Of a stretch of DNA of 64,000 nucleotides, positions 37,601-50,285 are shown in pieces; the stretch's first letter is position 1, and each line of letters starts with the position of its first letter. Below the pieces are notes generated by a model that saw only the letters and a program-made list of their open reading frames with translations, did not search any database and was not told the DNA's origin. The translations under genes were made by a program, and so were the position numbers. The DNA comes from Neocallimastix sp. 'constans' (lineage: Eukaryota). Location of the stretch: positions 930,001 to 994,000 of the forward strand of contig JBODTK010000010.1 of the NCBI GenBank assembly GCA_050613775.1. Reading direction: 5' to 3'.

Positions 37601-40600
37601 ACAATGGACTTCAACAGAAGTCCAATATAATAAAAAACACAAGAATTTTTCATTATAATTTTCCTACATTTAATAATGTAGTAAATAAAAAATTACCTTC
37701 AACTTTCCTTTTATTTGATACATATATTCCAACAACATTTTCAAATAATATAAAAAATATTAAAAATGATAATAATAAATTAAAAACTGAATCGATGTTA
37801 GATTCAGGCTCCTTCTGTAATTTTATTACAGAAGAATTAGTAAAAACATTAAAATTGAAAAAATATAATTTAAAATCAAAAATTTTAGTCAAAGGAATTT
37901 CTGGTGATACAACCCAGATAAAGAATTATGTTTGGCTAAAATTTCAAATCAAAATTAATGAAAATAAAAGAGTTTATTTTAAAAATTTCAGAGAAAAATT
38001 TTTAATTTCGAATTGTATCCCAACAAAACTACTTTTTGGAAACCAATTTATGAGGAAGTTTAATATTCATTATGACTATGATAAAAACTTCCTATATTCT
38101 TATTTAAATTCTCACTTTTATAACAAAATTAATAAAAATACTAATAAAAATCCACAATATTATTCTCGGTTTAATTCAGTGATAAAAAGATTTTTAAAAA
38201 ATTATTTTTTAAAACATAAATTCATAAAAAAATTTAATTATACAAAAAATTCAAAAATTTTCAAAAATTTTAATCAAAATAAATTAAATTTTAAACTTAA
38301 TAAATATAAAAAATTTCTTCATAAAAAATTTAATTTTTTAACCAATAAAATATTTTTTAAATTAAAAAACAATCACCAAAATAAAAAATATAAAATTAAT
38401 AATAAATTTAACTATAATTATTTAATTTATTCATTTTTAACAAATAAAGAAAATTATGAAGAAGATATTGAAGATATAAAAATCGAAAATATTCCGCTTC
38501 AATATCGAGATTTGGCTGTTGTATTTAGTAAGAAAGAAGCAGATAAACTACCGCCACATCGTTTAACTGACTGTAAAATAGTTTTAGAAAAGGATGCTTC
38601 TCTTCATTACGGACCTATCTACCCATTATCTGAAGAAGAAAATAAAGTTTTAAAAGAATATATAGAAGAAAATTTAAAGAAGGGATTTATTAGACCTTCT
38701 GAATCTCCAGCTGGTTATCCTGTCTTATTTCAAAAAAAGAAAGATGGTTCTTTAAGATTGTGTGTGGATTACAAAAAGTTAAACGCTGTTACCATTAGAA
38801 ATTCATATCCTCTTCCACTTATTAATGATATTATTGAAAAGGTTAAAGGTGCAAAATATTTCACAAAATTAGATCTAAGATCTGCCTATAACCTAATTCG
38901 TATAAAAGAGGGGGATGAATATAAAACAGCTTTTCGAACTAAATATGGTCATTACGAATATCTCGTAATGCCTTTTGGGTTGAAAAATGCCCCAGCCACT
39001 TTTCAATCATTTATTAATTCTGTACTCAGACCTTATTTGGAAAAAAGTGTTATTTTATATTTGGATGATATTTTAATTTATTCTGAGGATTTGGAAGAAC
39101 ATCACAAACAAGTAAGAAATGTATTACAAACTTTAATTAATAATAATTTATACGCAAAATTAGAAAAATGTGAATTCGATAAAGAAAAAGTTGAATTCCT
39201 AGGTTACATTTTATCTGGTGATGGTGTATCTACTGACCCAAAGAAAATTAAATCTATAGATGAGTGGCCAACTCCGAAAAATATTAAAGAAGTACAACGA
39301 TTTTTAGGCTTATGTAATTACTATAGGAGATTTGTAAAAAATTTTGCAAAAATAGCTAAGCCTCTCCATAATTTAACAAGAAAAAATACAAAATTTATTT
39401 GGGATACAAATTGTGGAAATTCATTTAAATTATTAAAAAGTAAATTAACTACTTCTCCAGTACTGCATCACCCAGATGTAACTAAACCATTCATAGTAGA
39501 ATGTGATGCAAGTAACTATGCTATAGGTGCTGTTTTATCTCAGAAAGATGAAAATAATAAATTACATCCTGTTGCTTACTTTTCAAGAAGTTTACAAGGC
39601 TCCGAAATAAATTATACCATTACAGAAAAAGAGTTATTAGCTATTAGAGATTCTTTCTTAACTTGGCGACATCTTTTACTTGGTGCAAAACATAAAATTA
39701 CTGTCTATACTGATCATAGAAATTTAATCTATACTTTAGGAGGAAAAGTTGGTAATCAAAGACAGCATAGATGGCACTTATTCTTTCAGGAATATGATTT
39801 CCAACTTATATATAGACAAGGAACAAAAAATGGGAAACCAGATAGTCTTTCAAGAAGACCTGACTATATGAAGAATAACGAAGATATTAAACCAGAAAAT
39901 ATATTAGATATTAAAAATGTAAAAGAAGTTCCCTGTTTTATAGGAATTATGAGTAATTTACTAGAAAAAATTATTGATGCTATTAAAGAAGATGCTACTG
40001 CTGAAGATATTAAATTATACTTTAGTGAAAACAATGTTAAAAATAATTATGCTTATAAACCATTTAGGAAAATGGAAAGATTTAAAATAAAAGATAATAT
40101 TATATTATATAACAATTTAATTTATATTCCTGAATCACTTAGATTAGAAATTTTAGAAAAATATCATGAAAAACCCACTTCTGGACATCTTGGTATAAGA
40201 AGAACTTTAGAACTAATTACAAGAAACTTTTGGTGGCCAAAAATACATGAAGATGTTACAAGTTATGTTAATTCTTGTGAATGTTGTGCAAGAAACAAGG
40301 TTAATAGACATAGGAAATATGGTCTTTTACAACCTTTAGATACTCCCGATAGACCTTGGAAGTCTATCGAAATTGATTTCCTATGTGGTCTTCCTTATTC
40401 TAAAGGATACACCGTTATTATGGTAGTTGTTGATTGTTTCTCTAAGATGATACATTTAATTCCATTTAAACAAATACCTGATGCCAAACAAACTGCCAAA
40501 GCTTTCATTACAAATATATTTAAACTACACGGATTGCCTTGTGATATGTATACAGATAGAGGATCTCAATTTACAAGTGCTCTTTGGAAAGAAGTAATGG

Positions 40601-41427
40601 AGTATTTAAACATTAAATCAAAAATCGCTACAACTGACCATCATGAAACAGTTGGTCAAGTTGAAAGATGTAATTCTTTTATTGAACAATATTTAAGAGC
40701 TTACTCAAGATCATATTATCATGATGATTGGATTGAATGGATTCACCTTGCTGAATTTGTTTATAATAACTCCATTAATGAATCTACAAAAGAAACACCC
40801 TTCTTTATTAATTATGGGTTTCATCCATCTATGGATGAATTTTTCTTATTACCTGATATTGATACTAATAATAAAATTATTAAGGACTTAAGTATGAACT
40901 TTAATCATATTAAAGATGTTTTATTAAGGTCAAAAGAACTATATAAAATACACGCAGATAAAAAGAGAATGCCACCTCCAATATTTAAAGAAAATGATTT
41001 AGTTTGGATACAAGCTCCTCCATCACTAAATATCGAAGATAGTTCAAAGTTAGCTCCTTGTAAATATGGACCATATAAAGTAATAGATGTTCTGAATAAT
41101 CATAATTATAAAATAGATATTAAAAGGTCACCTTTTCCAAAACATCATCCTATATTCCATGTTTCGGAGTTAGAACCTTTTATTCCAACGCCTCAAAAGT
41201 TTTTAAAAAGAAGAACTCATGATGAATCTGTTAATGATATAATTGAAATCTCAGGATTTAGAACTAATTATAAAAAGAATCAATATGAATACAGAATCAG
41301 GTATAAATATAGAACTGCTTACAATTGGGTTCCTTCAGACGAAGTTGAAAATAACCCCCGAAATCAAAATATTTATTTACAATATTTACAAAATGGAAGA
41401 AAACCTATTTCAATAGCTTATAACTAA
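37588..41427 (+). CDS. pol: Pol: protease, RT, RNase H, integrase, C-terminal chromodomain
   Basis: The frame is stop-free from 37588 (the ORF track starts at the internal Met 37795). Motifs: LDSGS, LRLCVDYKKLN, YLDDILI, CDAS, HHCC, DRGSQF, GPY, and a chromodomain-like tail YEYRIRYKYRTAYNWVPSDEV. Confidence 0.95.
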   Translation, partial: NKKLNNGLQQKSNIIKNTRIFHYNFPTFNNVVNKKLPSTFLLFDTYIPTTFSNNIKNIKNDNNKLKTESMLDSGSFCNFITEELVKTLKLKKYNLKSKILVKGISGDTTQIKNYVWLKFQIKINENKRVYFKNFREKFLISNCIPTKLLFGNQFMRKFNIHYDYDKNFLYSYLNSHFYNKINKNTNKNPQYYSRFNSVIKRFLKNYFLKHKFIKKFNYTKNSKIFKNFNQNKLNFKLNKYKKFLHKKFNFLTNKIFFKLKNNHQNKKYKINNKFNYNYLIYSFLTNKENYEEDIEDIKIENIPLQYRDLAVVFSKKEADKLPPHRLTDCKIVLEKDASLHYGPIYPLSEEENKVLKEYIEENLKKGFIRPSESPAGYPVLFQKKKDGSLRLCVDYKKLNAVTIRNSYPLPLINDIIEKVKGAKYFTKLDLRSAYNLIRIKEGDEYKTAFRTKYGHYEYLVMPFGLKNAPATFQSFINSVLRPYLEKSVILYLDDILIYSEDLEEHHKQVRNVLQTLINNNLYAKLEKCEFDKEKVEFLGYILSGDGVSTDPKKIKSIDEWPTPKNIKEVQRFLGLCNYYRRFVKNFAKIAKPLHNLTRKNTKFIWDTNCGNSFKLLKSKLTTSPVLHHPDVTKPFIVECDASNYAIGAVLSQKDENNKLHPVAYFSRSLQGSEINYTITEKELLAIRDSFLTWRHLLLGAKHKITVYTDHRNLIYTLGGKVGNQRQHRWHLFFQEYDFQLIYRQGTKNGKPDSLSRRPDYMKNNEDIKPENILDIKNVKEVPCFIGIMSNLLEKIIDAIKEDATAEDIKLYFSENNVKNNYAYKPFRKMERFKIKDNIILYNNLIYIPESLRLEILEKYHEKPTSGHLGIRRTLELITRNFWWPKIHEDVTSYVNSCECCARNKVNRHRKYGLLQPLDTPDRPWKSIEIDFLCGLPYSKGYTVIMVVVDCFSKMIHLIPFKQIPDAKQTAKAFITNIFKLHGLPCDMYTDRGSQFTSALWKEVMEYLNIKSKIATTDHHETVGQVERCNSFIEQYLRAYSRSYYHDDWIEWIHLAEFVYNNSINESTKETPFFINYGFHPSMDEFFLLPDIDTNNKIIKDLSMNFNHIKDVLLRSKELYKIHADKKRMPPPIFKENDLVWIQAPPSLNIEDSSKLAPCKYGPYKVIDVLNNHNYKIDIKRSPFPKHHPIFHVSELEPFIPTPQKFLKRRTHDESVNDIIEISGFRTNYKKNQYEYRIRYKYRTAYNWVPSDEVENNPRNQNIYLQYLQNGRKPISIAYN
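37591..37623 (+). promoter_or_regulatory. Predicted -1 ribosomal frameshift signal
   Basis: A AAA AAC in gag phase just before TAA, with hairpin GGACTT-CAACAG-AAGTCC 8 nt downstream. The -1 frame is open from 37588 into pol. Confidence 0.82.
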
Positions 41428-41448
41428 AATGATAATAATAATAATATT

Positions 41449-41504
<56 letters not shown>

Positions 41505-42045
41505 GAAATTTTATTTTTATTAATTTGTTTTTAAATTTTATTTTATTATTATCAATTTTTCAGTCAAATTTCAATTTCAAAATTTCGAAATTTTCAAAAT
41601 TTTCAAAATTCAAAAACATAGCTATGTTACACTTACATCTATCAATTTATAATCTAATTTTATTCATAAATTCATTAATTATTATAATTTTCAATTTTTA
41701 AAGTTAATGCATAAAATTAAAAAGTTAATTGAAATTAAAATTTCAAAATTTCAATTTCAAAAATTTTTAATCAAAAACATTTAAAAATGGTACCATCATA
41801 TTCTTAAACATCAATTTTCATAATAAAATTTTAATTTTATTAAATTTTAGAGATTTCAAAATTTCAATGAAATGGCCACTTATAAAGGGTTTCCTTTAAA
41901 AATTTAAAAGGACTCAAGTGACCTTCCTCTTTCATAAATTAAAAATTTTTAATTTAAGAAATTCCAAAAAATTTTTTAACAAAAATTTAATCCTCCTTAT
42001 CGTTACACAAAAATCGTCTTGAATCCGATTTTTATGGGAGGGCAT

Positions 42046-42781
42046 TGTTGAAATTATAACTGAATTGAAATCTCAATTTCAGTTATTTACATTTCAATAG
42101 TTAACAAATATTATTTATTTAATTATAAATAATATATATATTTAAATAATTAATAATTAATATAAATTCTTATTTAATATTTAAGGAATTATCTTAGGCC
42201 TAATAATTCTGAGAATATTAGTAAATAAGATTTATATTAATAATTTCAATTATCTACATATGACGTCACATGTATTTATTTATATTATGTTTATATATAT
42301 GTTTACATCATATATATTAACTACTATTTTTAATTATTCAAATTAATTATATAATTATAAATTAAATTTATTTAGTTATATTAAATATTTTAAACATATC
42401 GATATTGTTATTATCTTAATATTTTATTAATATTCATATTACTATATTATTAATATCTTATAATTAAATATTATTATTATGTAACTTACAAAGTATAAAA
42501 GAAAGATGTAAAAATCTATCTTTTATGTTCTTTGTAAGGTTATTGTACTTACAATAATTATATACTAATAATTCAATAAATAAATATTTTCATAAATCCT
42601 TCAAAGAAATTATTATTTAAAATATTCTTAGATATTAAGTGTTTAAATAACTTAACTATTTATCTTATATTATTTTTATATTATTATTAATTAATTATTG
42701 TTGGATTATTAATATATAATTCAACATATTAACCTAGTAACGTTATTAATCATAAAACTATTTTATATCTTAATTTTAACA
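42046..42781 (+). repeat. 3' LTR
   Basis: Direct repeat of 35754-36489. Confidence 0.96.
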
Positions 42782-42847
42782 AGAATTTGTTTTTTTATTA
42801 TTTATTTTAATTTAATAATTTTGTTATTTATTATAACAATTGATGTT

Positions 42848-42919
42848 GGGGTTGTAACTCAGTGGTAGAGTGTTCGCTTCGCATGTGAGAAGCCGCGGGT
42901 TCGATTCCCGCCAACTCCA
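42848..42919 (+). tRNA. tRNA-Ala (anticodon CGC)
   Basis: Acceptor stem GGGGTTG/CAACTCC with G3:U70, D-arm ACTCAGTGGTAGAGT, anticodon loop TT-CGC-AT, T-arm GCGGGTTCGATTCCCGC, and a T-run terminator just downstream. Confidence 0.95.
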
Positions 42920-43206
42920 ATTAATCTTTTTCATCAATTTTACTAAAGATAAAAAAAAATTGGAGAATGTATAAAAATAAATATAAAAATAAACATATTA
43001 TTATATAAATATATACATATATATATATATACATTTTTTTTTATTTTTATTATTTTTTTTTTTTTGTTTTTAATTTTAGTTAATTGATGATATCTATTTC
43101 TATAATAATAAAAAAAAAATTATATTTATATAAAAAAATTATAAGTAAAAAAAATTTTATTTATTAATATATATATATAATATAAATAAAAAAAAAAAAA
43201 TGATAT

Positions 43207-43273
43207 TAATATAGATATATTGTAAACATATATAAAAACATAATATAAAGAAAATATACGTGACGTCAAATGT
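43207..43273 (-). repeat. LTR fragment (U3 portion with TGACGTCA)
   Basis: Matches 27135-27201 of the solo LTR. Confidence 0.75.
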
Positions 43274-43739
43274 GATATGCAGGACTTTTATGTGCAATAA
43301 TTTATAAATAATTTATAAGTAGTGGGGGTTTTTTTAATAATGGTTGTTTAGTATAATTTATTAATAAAATTATATTATTCGTACAATTGGTATTGGCCAT
43401 TACCGACCTCTTATAAGAAAATACAAATAGGTTTAAAAATTTAATTAAAATATCTAATACCATCACGTTTTTCATCATTCCATCCATTAATGTTCCAACT
43501 GACACAAAGATTAAAGAACTGAGTAGACGGTGAGTAAATATTACTATATAGAAAATCTTTTACCATTGATTTAGTTTCAAAAGAAGAAAATTTGTTGTTG
43601 AATTTCTTAACATAACTGAATGTTCGAATTTCGTTGGATTTGATCTAATTAATTTTACAGATAGGAAGGCATCGAGTAAGAATAAATAAAATATTTAGAT
43701 AATAAGTTTATCATAGCTTATCCTTAAAATAAAGTAGTT

Positions 43740-44033
43740 TTCCATATTAGGTGTGCGCTTTTTTTTTTTTGTAATTCCATAAACTATTTCATTGCAATTG
43801 GAAATATGTTTACAAAGAAATTCCCAAAGTTTACTAACAGACCATGATTGAAGATCATGAATAAAGATAAGAATGAAATCTTTATTCTGAATATCGTATC
43901 TTCAAAGGCCTCGCCGCAAAACAGGTATAGTTACTGACTTTGAAGAAGTATTATCCTTTTCAAGAAAACCTAAAAAAATAAAATAAAAGAAGTATAAAAT
44001 AAAAAAAATAATATTATTAAAAAATAGATAAAG

Positions 44034-44064
<31 letters not shown>

Positions 44065-44830
44065 TAATAAAATAAAAATAAAAATAAAAGAGAAAGCAAA
44101 TTCCACAAGGGTTAGAAATTTATTGATACAAAACTACTTGTATATACTGTTAAAATGAATATTCGTTTCTTTTTATCTTTTGTATGATTGTAATTCTTTC
44201 AATTAATAAAGCTCTTTAAGACGTTAAAAATTTTCTGTTGAATAATCATAAATTAGCTAAAAGTATATTTAAAAAAGAAAAAAATATTAGTAGAAAAAGA
44301 CTATAAAAAAAATTCCCTATCCGTTAAATAATGTTTTAAACACAAGCTTTGGAGTGAATCAATCTCCTACATTTCAATTTTACAATAGCTACATGAAAGT
44401 ATAAATAATACTATAGAAAAATACATATACAAAATAATGCTAAAGTAAAAAAATACAATAGATTCATTACAATGATAATATGTAGAAACTACATGATATT
44501 ATTAATTATACAACTCCAATGTTACTACATATCCAGTTTAAAACAATATAAAACATTAGGCTCACTTTCTACAGTTTTTTAGTCTTCCAGTATTCCAGTT
44601 TTCACTCTTCGTACTAGAAGCCGCTTTAGAAAGGATAACCATCGATTATCATCAGAATCACAGAAAGCTGTAATTAGAATACCTGATATAGGTTATTCCT
44701 TTTCCATCAACCTTCCATGGACCTGGAAGCATTTTTATTACGAAAATCATTACATGCAAATTCTATTGACTGATGAAATTGTTTTGATTTAATAGAAAAC
44801 TTAATTGACCTGACTTTAGCACATATATTT
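43740..44830 (-). pseudogene. Degraded non-LTR retrotransposon remnants
   Basis: Minus-strand peptides LYLFCGEAF and LLVNFGNFFVNIFPIAMK* resemble the C-terminal LLGG...LAEFLTNVMPIVIG segment of neighbouring elements. Further coding-like relic at 44560-44830. Confidence 0.45.
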
Positions 44831-44855
44831 TTATATTCCCGAAGCAAATTTAAAA

Positions 44856-47180
44856 TTTTTTTTTTTTTTTTTTTAACGGCAGCAAACTTGTTTCATCTTT
44901 ATTAATTAAATATTTGATAAAATACATGTAATAAAATAATAAAAAAAAAAGATAAAAAAAATAAACAAAAAATAAAACACAAAATAAAATAAAATAATGG
45001 TATAATATATTCTAGTTTCATTTAATTAATATTTGTAAGACTTCACAAGGGCATTATTATACTGAAGTATAATAATTAATTTTGACTTCGCAATGTTAAT
45101 CATAATTTTAAGATACAAAATTATGATCTTCATTGGTTGCGCTAGCCCTGCTGGCCTGTCTTACTATTTCTTCAGCATTGACGCTCTTGGTAGTAGTAGT
45201 ACGATTCGATTTGAACCTATTGAATAAAGACCATTGCTGGCCAATAGCAATAGGTATAATCGATTGGAAAAGTGCCGCGGTAACCACCAAGAACGGAATA
45301 TCAGAATAAGCACCTGATTTCATCTGGCACCTAAATAGATCCTTCCATTCCCTTGTACTGTTATTAATACTTCTTCCTCCAAGAAGGAAATTAAACACTT
45401 TTTCAAACACACTAGAATCAATATACACATTATTTTCAATACTATTATTAACATTACTAATAAAACTATTACTAATATTACTATTAACTATTATTACTAT
45501 TACTATTATTACTGTTGCTGTAATCATTATTACTATTAACAATATCATTTGTTAGGTTGCCACGGTAAAAAGTATTAATATAAAAATAAAATTTTATCAT
45601 TAACTTTACTACGAATATGATTGAAAAAAGGACAATCAATTAACCAATGACTTATCCATTGTTTATTACTTTTACAACAGGGACAAAAATTAGGACACAT
45701 TTGATCTATTATTTTTGCATCTTTAGCAATTCTAGCATTTAATCTATATCCGCTTCGTACTCTCAATAGCCAATAGAAACCATATGAAAGATCAGGATAT
45801 TCATAACAAAGTTTTATAAATTTTGATGTTTCTTCGAATTTGTTTTTGTCATAAAACTCAACTTTAATAGAATTGATTTTCAAATCTCTTTTCCAATAAA
45901 AATCCTTGATTTTATTATCGTTATTACCTCTTTTCTCTAGTTTACGTTTAAGAGTTCTACTTTCTTTTGTCCATGTATATTTTCTAGATTTTGGAATATT
46001 ATTAACTAAATAGGAAATAATACAATTTGAATCTTTCCATTTATCAAAACATTTGACTTGATTTTTTTTTTTTTTATAGCCGCAATTATTGCGAACTTTA
46101 ATCTTTATTTATTTATTCTTATATAAAATACATGAATACTTTTAAATTTAATAAAAAATAAAAAAAACACAGAATTAATAAAATAAATAAAAAAATTATT
46201 TGTCCAATTGAACATAATAATAAATGAAATAGTAACGTGAAATAAAAAGTAATAATCAAAAATAAGTGTATAAATAAATTCAGAAAAAAGTTCATAGGCA
46301 ACGAACCTCATCTCCTTATGGATTAGGGTTTGAATTGACTATCTGAAAGAAATTATGGTCTTCTCCTTCAGAGGCATTGGCCCTACTAGCCTGTCTTACT
46401 GCATTTTCAGCGTTGACGCTCCTGGTTAATTTGCGCTTATACTTTCGGAATAGTAACCCTTGCCGAGTACTAGCCCGAGGCATAATTTCTGTTAAGAGAG
46501 CCGCAGATCGCACCAAGAACGGCGTTTTTGAATAATCACCAGAAATAATTTGGTTCTTAAACAAAATATTCCATTCCTTTTTGTAATTTAAATCTATTAT
46601 ATCTGCATCCCTCCCACCAAAAAGAAAGTTATACAATCGGTACCACGTCACATATATATTTACACACTCATTATTCAGAAAATTACTTAAATTACCACGA
46701 TTTTCACCAATTGAACTATTCACTAAATTAGAAGTAACGATATTATAATTTTCACTATCACTAATATTAGTATTTCTATTTTCACTATCACTATTTCTAC
46801 TATTATTAACAATATTATTTCTATTGTTAATATTTTTTTTTTTTTTTTTTTTTTTTTTAACGGCAGCAAACTTGTTTCATCTTTATTAATTAAAAATTTG
46901 ATAAAATACATGTAATAAAATAATAAAAAAAGATAAAAAAAAAAAAAAAAAATAAAACACAAAAGAAAATTTGTCCATGCATATTTTCTAGATTTTGGAA
47001 TATTATTAACTAAATAGGAAATAATACAATTTGAATCTTTCCATTTATCAAAACATTTGACTTGAGACAAAGCACACTTAGCTGACAATGGAGGAATATG
47101 TAAGTCTTTTGAAATAGAATATACATTAATAAAAGATTTGGCTTTTTGTATACCTGCAATCCATCTTAATCCTTTATTAT
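44856..47180 (-). mobile_element. Non-LTR retrotransposon family A, 5'-truncated copy split by an insertion at 46062-46969
   Basis: Poly(T) 44856-44874 plus AACGGCAGCAAAC, collinear with 47850-49148. Segment 45966-46061 is duplicated at 46970-47065. Confidence 0.88.
46062..46969 (-). mobile_element. Chimeric insertion: family B 3' end (46062-46832) joined to a short family A 3' end (46833-46969)
   Basis: Two poly(T) tracts in the same orientation. The family B ORF 46316-46723 (NFLFGGR...TPFLVRSAALL...SVNAENAVRQASRA) is a diverged homologue of the family A C-terminus. Confidence 0.82.
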
Positions 47181-47183
47181 TTT

Positions 47184-47235
<52 letters not shown>

Positions 47236-47818
47236 CTAGGAATAAACTTTATTTAATAATATTTTTTTTTTTTTTAAAAAAAATACATGAAGTTTAAATA
47301 CATGAAATTTTTTTTTTATATAAATATTAAAAAACTACGTTATGAGATTCGAGGACGAAATGGCCTCTAACTCTTCCCATTCATCGAAGATAACTCCATG
47401 TGGATGAAAATTATCATTCGAATCTGTATCAGAATTTCTTCTTTACCTTATCGTTACGACGTCGACGCTCTTGACAACGGTAGGTCTAACACTATACAAA
47501 TCGATCATGGTGTAAAAATCACCAATCACAATAGGCATAACGTTAGTAAGGAATTCCGCAAGTCCCACAAAATATGAAATCGGGAAAGAAGACTCGTTCG
47601 AAGGTGATTGAAAAATATTATTAATAAATCGCCTTCTTTCCCCCGAGCCGATCTTTAAGATTTCAAATACTGCATTTCCGCCAAGAAGGAGACACAGCAC
47701 GTAAAAATTGATATTATCATCAAAATCTTCCTCTTTATCATCAGGAATGTTCAATGATTTCTCATGAACAATTAGAGAAAAATTAATAAAAATTTCATCA
47801 ACAAAAGGAATGAAATGT

Positions 47819-47822
<4 letters not shown>
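47180..47822 (-). mobile_element. Non-LTR retrotransposon family C, 3' end
   Basis: Long poly(T) followed by AGACTAGGAATAAAC. ORF 47443-47754 is distantly similar to families A and B. A second copy lies at 2246-2940. Confidence 0.82.
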
Positions 47823-47851
<29 letters not shown>

Positions 47852-50285
47852 CGGCAGCAAACTTGTTTCATCTTTATTAATTAAATATTTGATAAAATAC
47901 ATGTAATAAAATAATAAAAAAAAAAGATAAAAAAAATAAACAAAAAATAAAACACAAAATAAAATAAAATAATGGTATAATATATTCTAGTTTCATTTAA
48001 TTAATATTTGTAAGACTTCACAAGGGCATTATTATACTGAAGTATAATAATTAATTTTGACTTCGCAATGTTAATCATAATTTTAAGATACAAAATTATG
48101 ATCTTCATTGGTTGCGCTAGCCCTGCTGGCCTGTCTTACTGTTTCTTCAGCATTGACGCTCTTGGTAGTAGTAGTACGATTCGATTTGAACCTATTGAAT
48201 AAAGACCATTGCTGGCCAATAGCAATAGGTATAATCGATTGGAGAAGTGCCGCAGTAACCACTAAGAACGGAGTATCAGAATAAGCACCTGATTTCATCT
48301 GGCACTTAAATAGATCCTTCCATTCCCTTGTACTATTATTAATACTTCGACCTCCAAGAAGGAAATTAAACACTTTTTCACACACACTAGAATCAATATA
48401 CACATTATTTTCAATACTATTACTAACATTACTAAAAATACTATTACTAATATTATTATTACTATTATAACTATTACTATTATTACTATTACTATTATCA
48501 TTATTACTATTAACAATATCATTTGTTAGGTTGCCACGGTAAAAAGCATTATATAAAAATAAAATTTTATCATTAACTTTACTACGAGTATGATTGAAAA
48601 AGGGACAATCAATTAACCAATGACTTATCCATTGTTTATTACTTTTACAACAGGGACAAAAATTAGGACACATTTGGTCCACTATTTTTGCAGCTTTAGC
48701 AATTCTAGCATTTAATCTATATCAGCTTCGTGCTCTCAATAGCCAATAGAAACCATATGAAAGATCAGGATAGTCATAACAAAGTTTTATAAATTTTGAT
48801 GTTTCTTCGAATTTGTTTTTGTCATAAAACTCAGCTTTAATAGAATTGATTTTCATATCTCTTTTCCAATAAAAATCCTTGATTTTATTATCGTTATTAC
48901 CTCTTTTCTCTAGTTTACGTTTAAGAGTTCTACTTTCTTTTGTCCATGTATATTTTCTAGATTTTGGAATATTATTAACTAAATAGGAAATAATACAATT
49001 TGAATTTTTCCATTTATCAAAACATTTGACCTGAGACAAAGCACACTTAGCTGACAATGGAGGAATATGTAAATCTTTTGAAATAGAATATACATTAATA
49101 AATGATTTGGCTTTTTGTATACCTGCAATCCATCTTAATCCTTTATTAATTAATTTCTGAGTATTATTTGTTCTCGATTTATTCGAACCAAGTAAAGGTG
49201 CAAAGTAAGAGACTTTACTAAGTACATAAGAGTTAATTATAATCTTCTTAAATGGAATAGGAATTTTGGAATTTGAAAGAAATTTACTAACAGAAAAGAG
49301 AGCTTTAGTTACTTTAGAGTTAAGTAATTTAATAATAGGTTTCAACGATAAGCTTTTATCAAATGGTATACCTAAATAGGTATAACATTTAGTTATTGGA
49401 ATTGGTTGACCAGCAAGATAAAAAGTAGGATCTCTTTTATTTTGAAAAAGAGGTGTGTCTGGTCGAATCACCATCGTTGCACACTTATTAATTCCAAAAT
49501 TCATCATATTAAATTTAGCCCATTCATTTACCTTCTTAAGCATTTTTTTCAACTTAGTTCTTGACGGTGCGCATAGAACAATATCATCTGCAAAGAGTCC
49601 ACCACAACATCTAGATTCGCCTAAAGGAATTCCAAGTTCTGAAACATCATTAAAAATGTCATTAATAAAAAGATTGAAAAGAATTGGTGATAGTGGACAA
49701 CCTTGTCTAACTCCTTTCATAATATTAAAAGATTCCGAATATTGATCATCAATTTTAACACTAGCTTTGGATGTCAAATATAGATTTTTTATAAATTGAT
49801 AACATTTACCTCTAATACCTAAAGCATCTAATTTATATAAAATATTACCTATTGGAACAGAATCATATGCCTTTTTTAAATCTAGAAAAGCTAGGTAAGT
49901 TTCTTTATTATCATTTTTACGCCTTTGACAAATTTCTCGAATTGAAATAAATAAACTAACACATTCTTCTTTAGTACGAAATCCAAATTGCTCTGGCCTA
50001 ATAAAATTATTTTTAAGTCCATATTCTGAAATTCTTTTAGAGACTATTTTCGAAATGAGTTTAATACCATAGTTAATCAGAGAGATACCTCGATAATTGT
50101 CACAATCAGATAGATCATCTCCTTTTTTAGGAATAGATATAATACTTGCTTCATTCCATGAGCTAGGAAATTCTCCATTCCAAATTCTTGAGTATATCTT
50201 CTGTAAACAATTTAAACCAGAAGAAGAATTATTTACTGAATTTTCGTCATCCGGAGGAATTAAAGCTTTATAAAATACTATTCCA
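47823..50285 (-). mobile_element. Non-LTR retrotransposon family A, 5'-truncated, with RT and CCHC C-terminal domain and one premature stop
   Basis: NYRGISL, EQFGFR, FLDLKKAYDSV, GVRQGCPLSPILFN, LFADDIVL, YTYLG, CPCC-x8-H-x4-C. TGA at 48722-48724 is GGA in the other copy, and ORFs 48722-50356 and 48083-48682 share one frame. No endonuclease domain is retained. Confidence 0.93.

Larger units (their letters stand above)
35754..42781 (+). mobile_element. Full-length Ty3/Gypsy chromovirus (Tf1/sushi-like) with 736-bp LTRs and 5-bp TSD AGAAT
   Basis: LTRs 35754-36489 and 42046-42781 (TG...CA, no difference seen by eye). AGAAT at 35749-35753 and 42782-42786. PPT GGGAGGG at 42036-42042. Intact gag and pol. 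Confidence 0.97.

Noticed and set aside
37410..37658. Small ORF bridging gag and pol
   Set aside because: It is in the +1 frame. The -1 frame is already open from 37588 through pol at a canonical slippery site.
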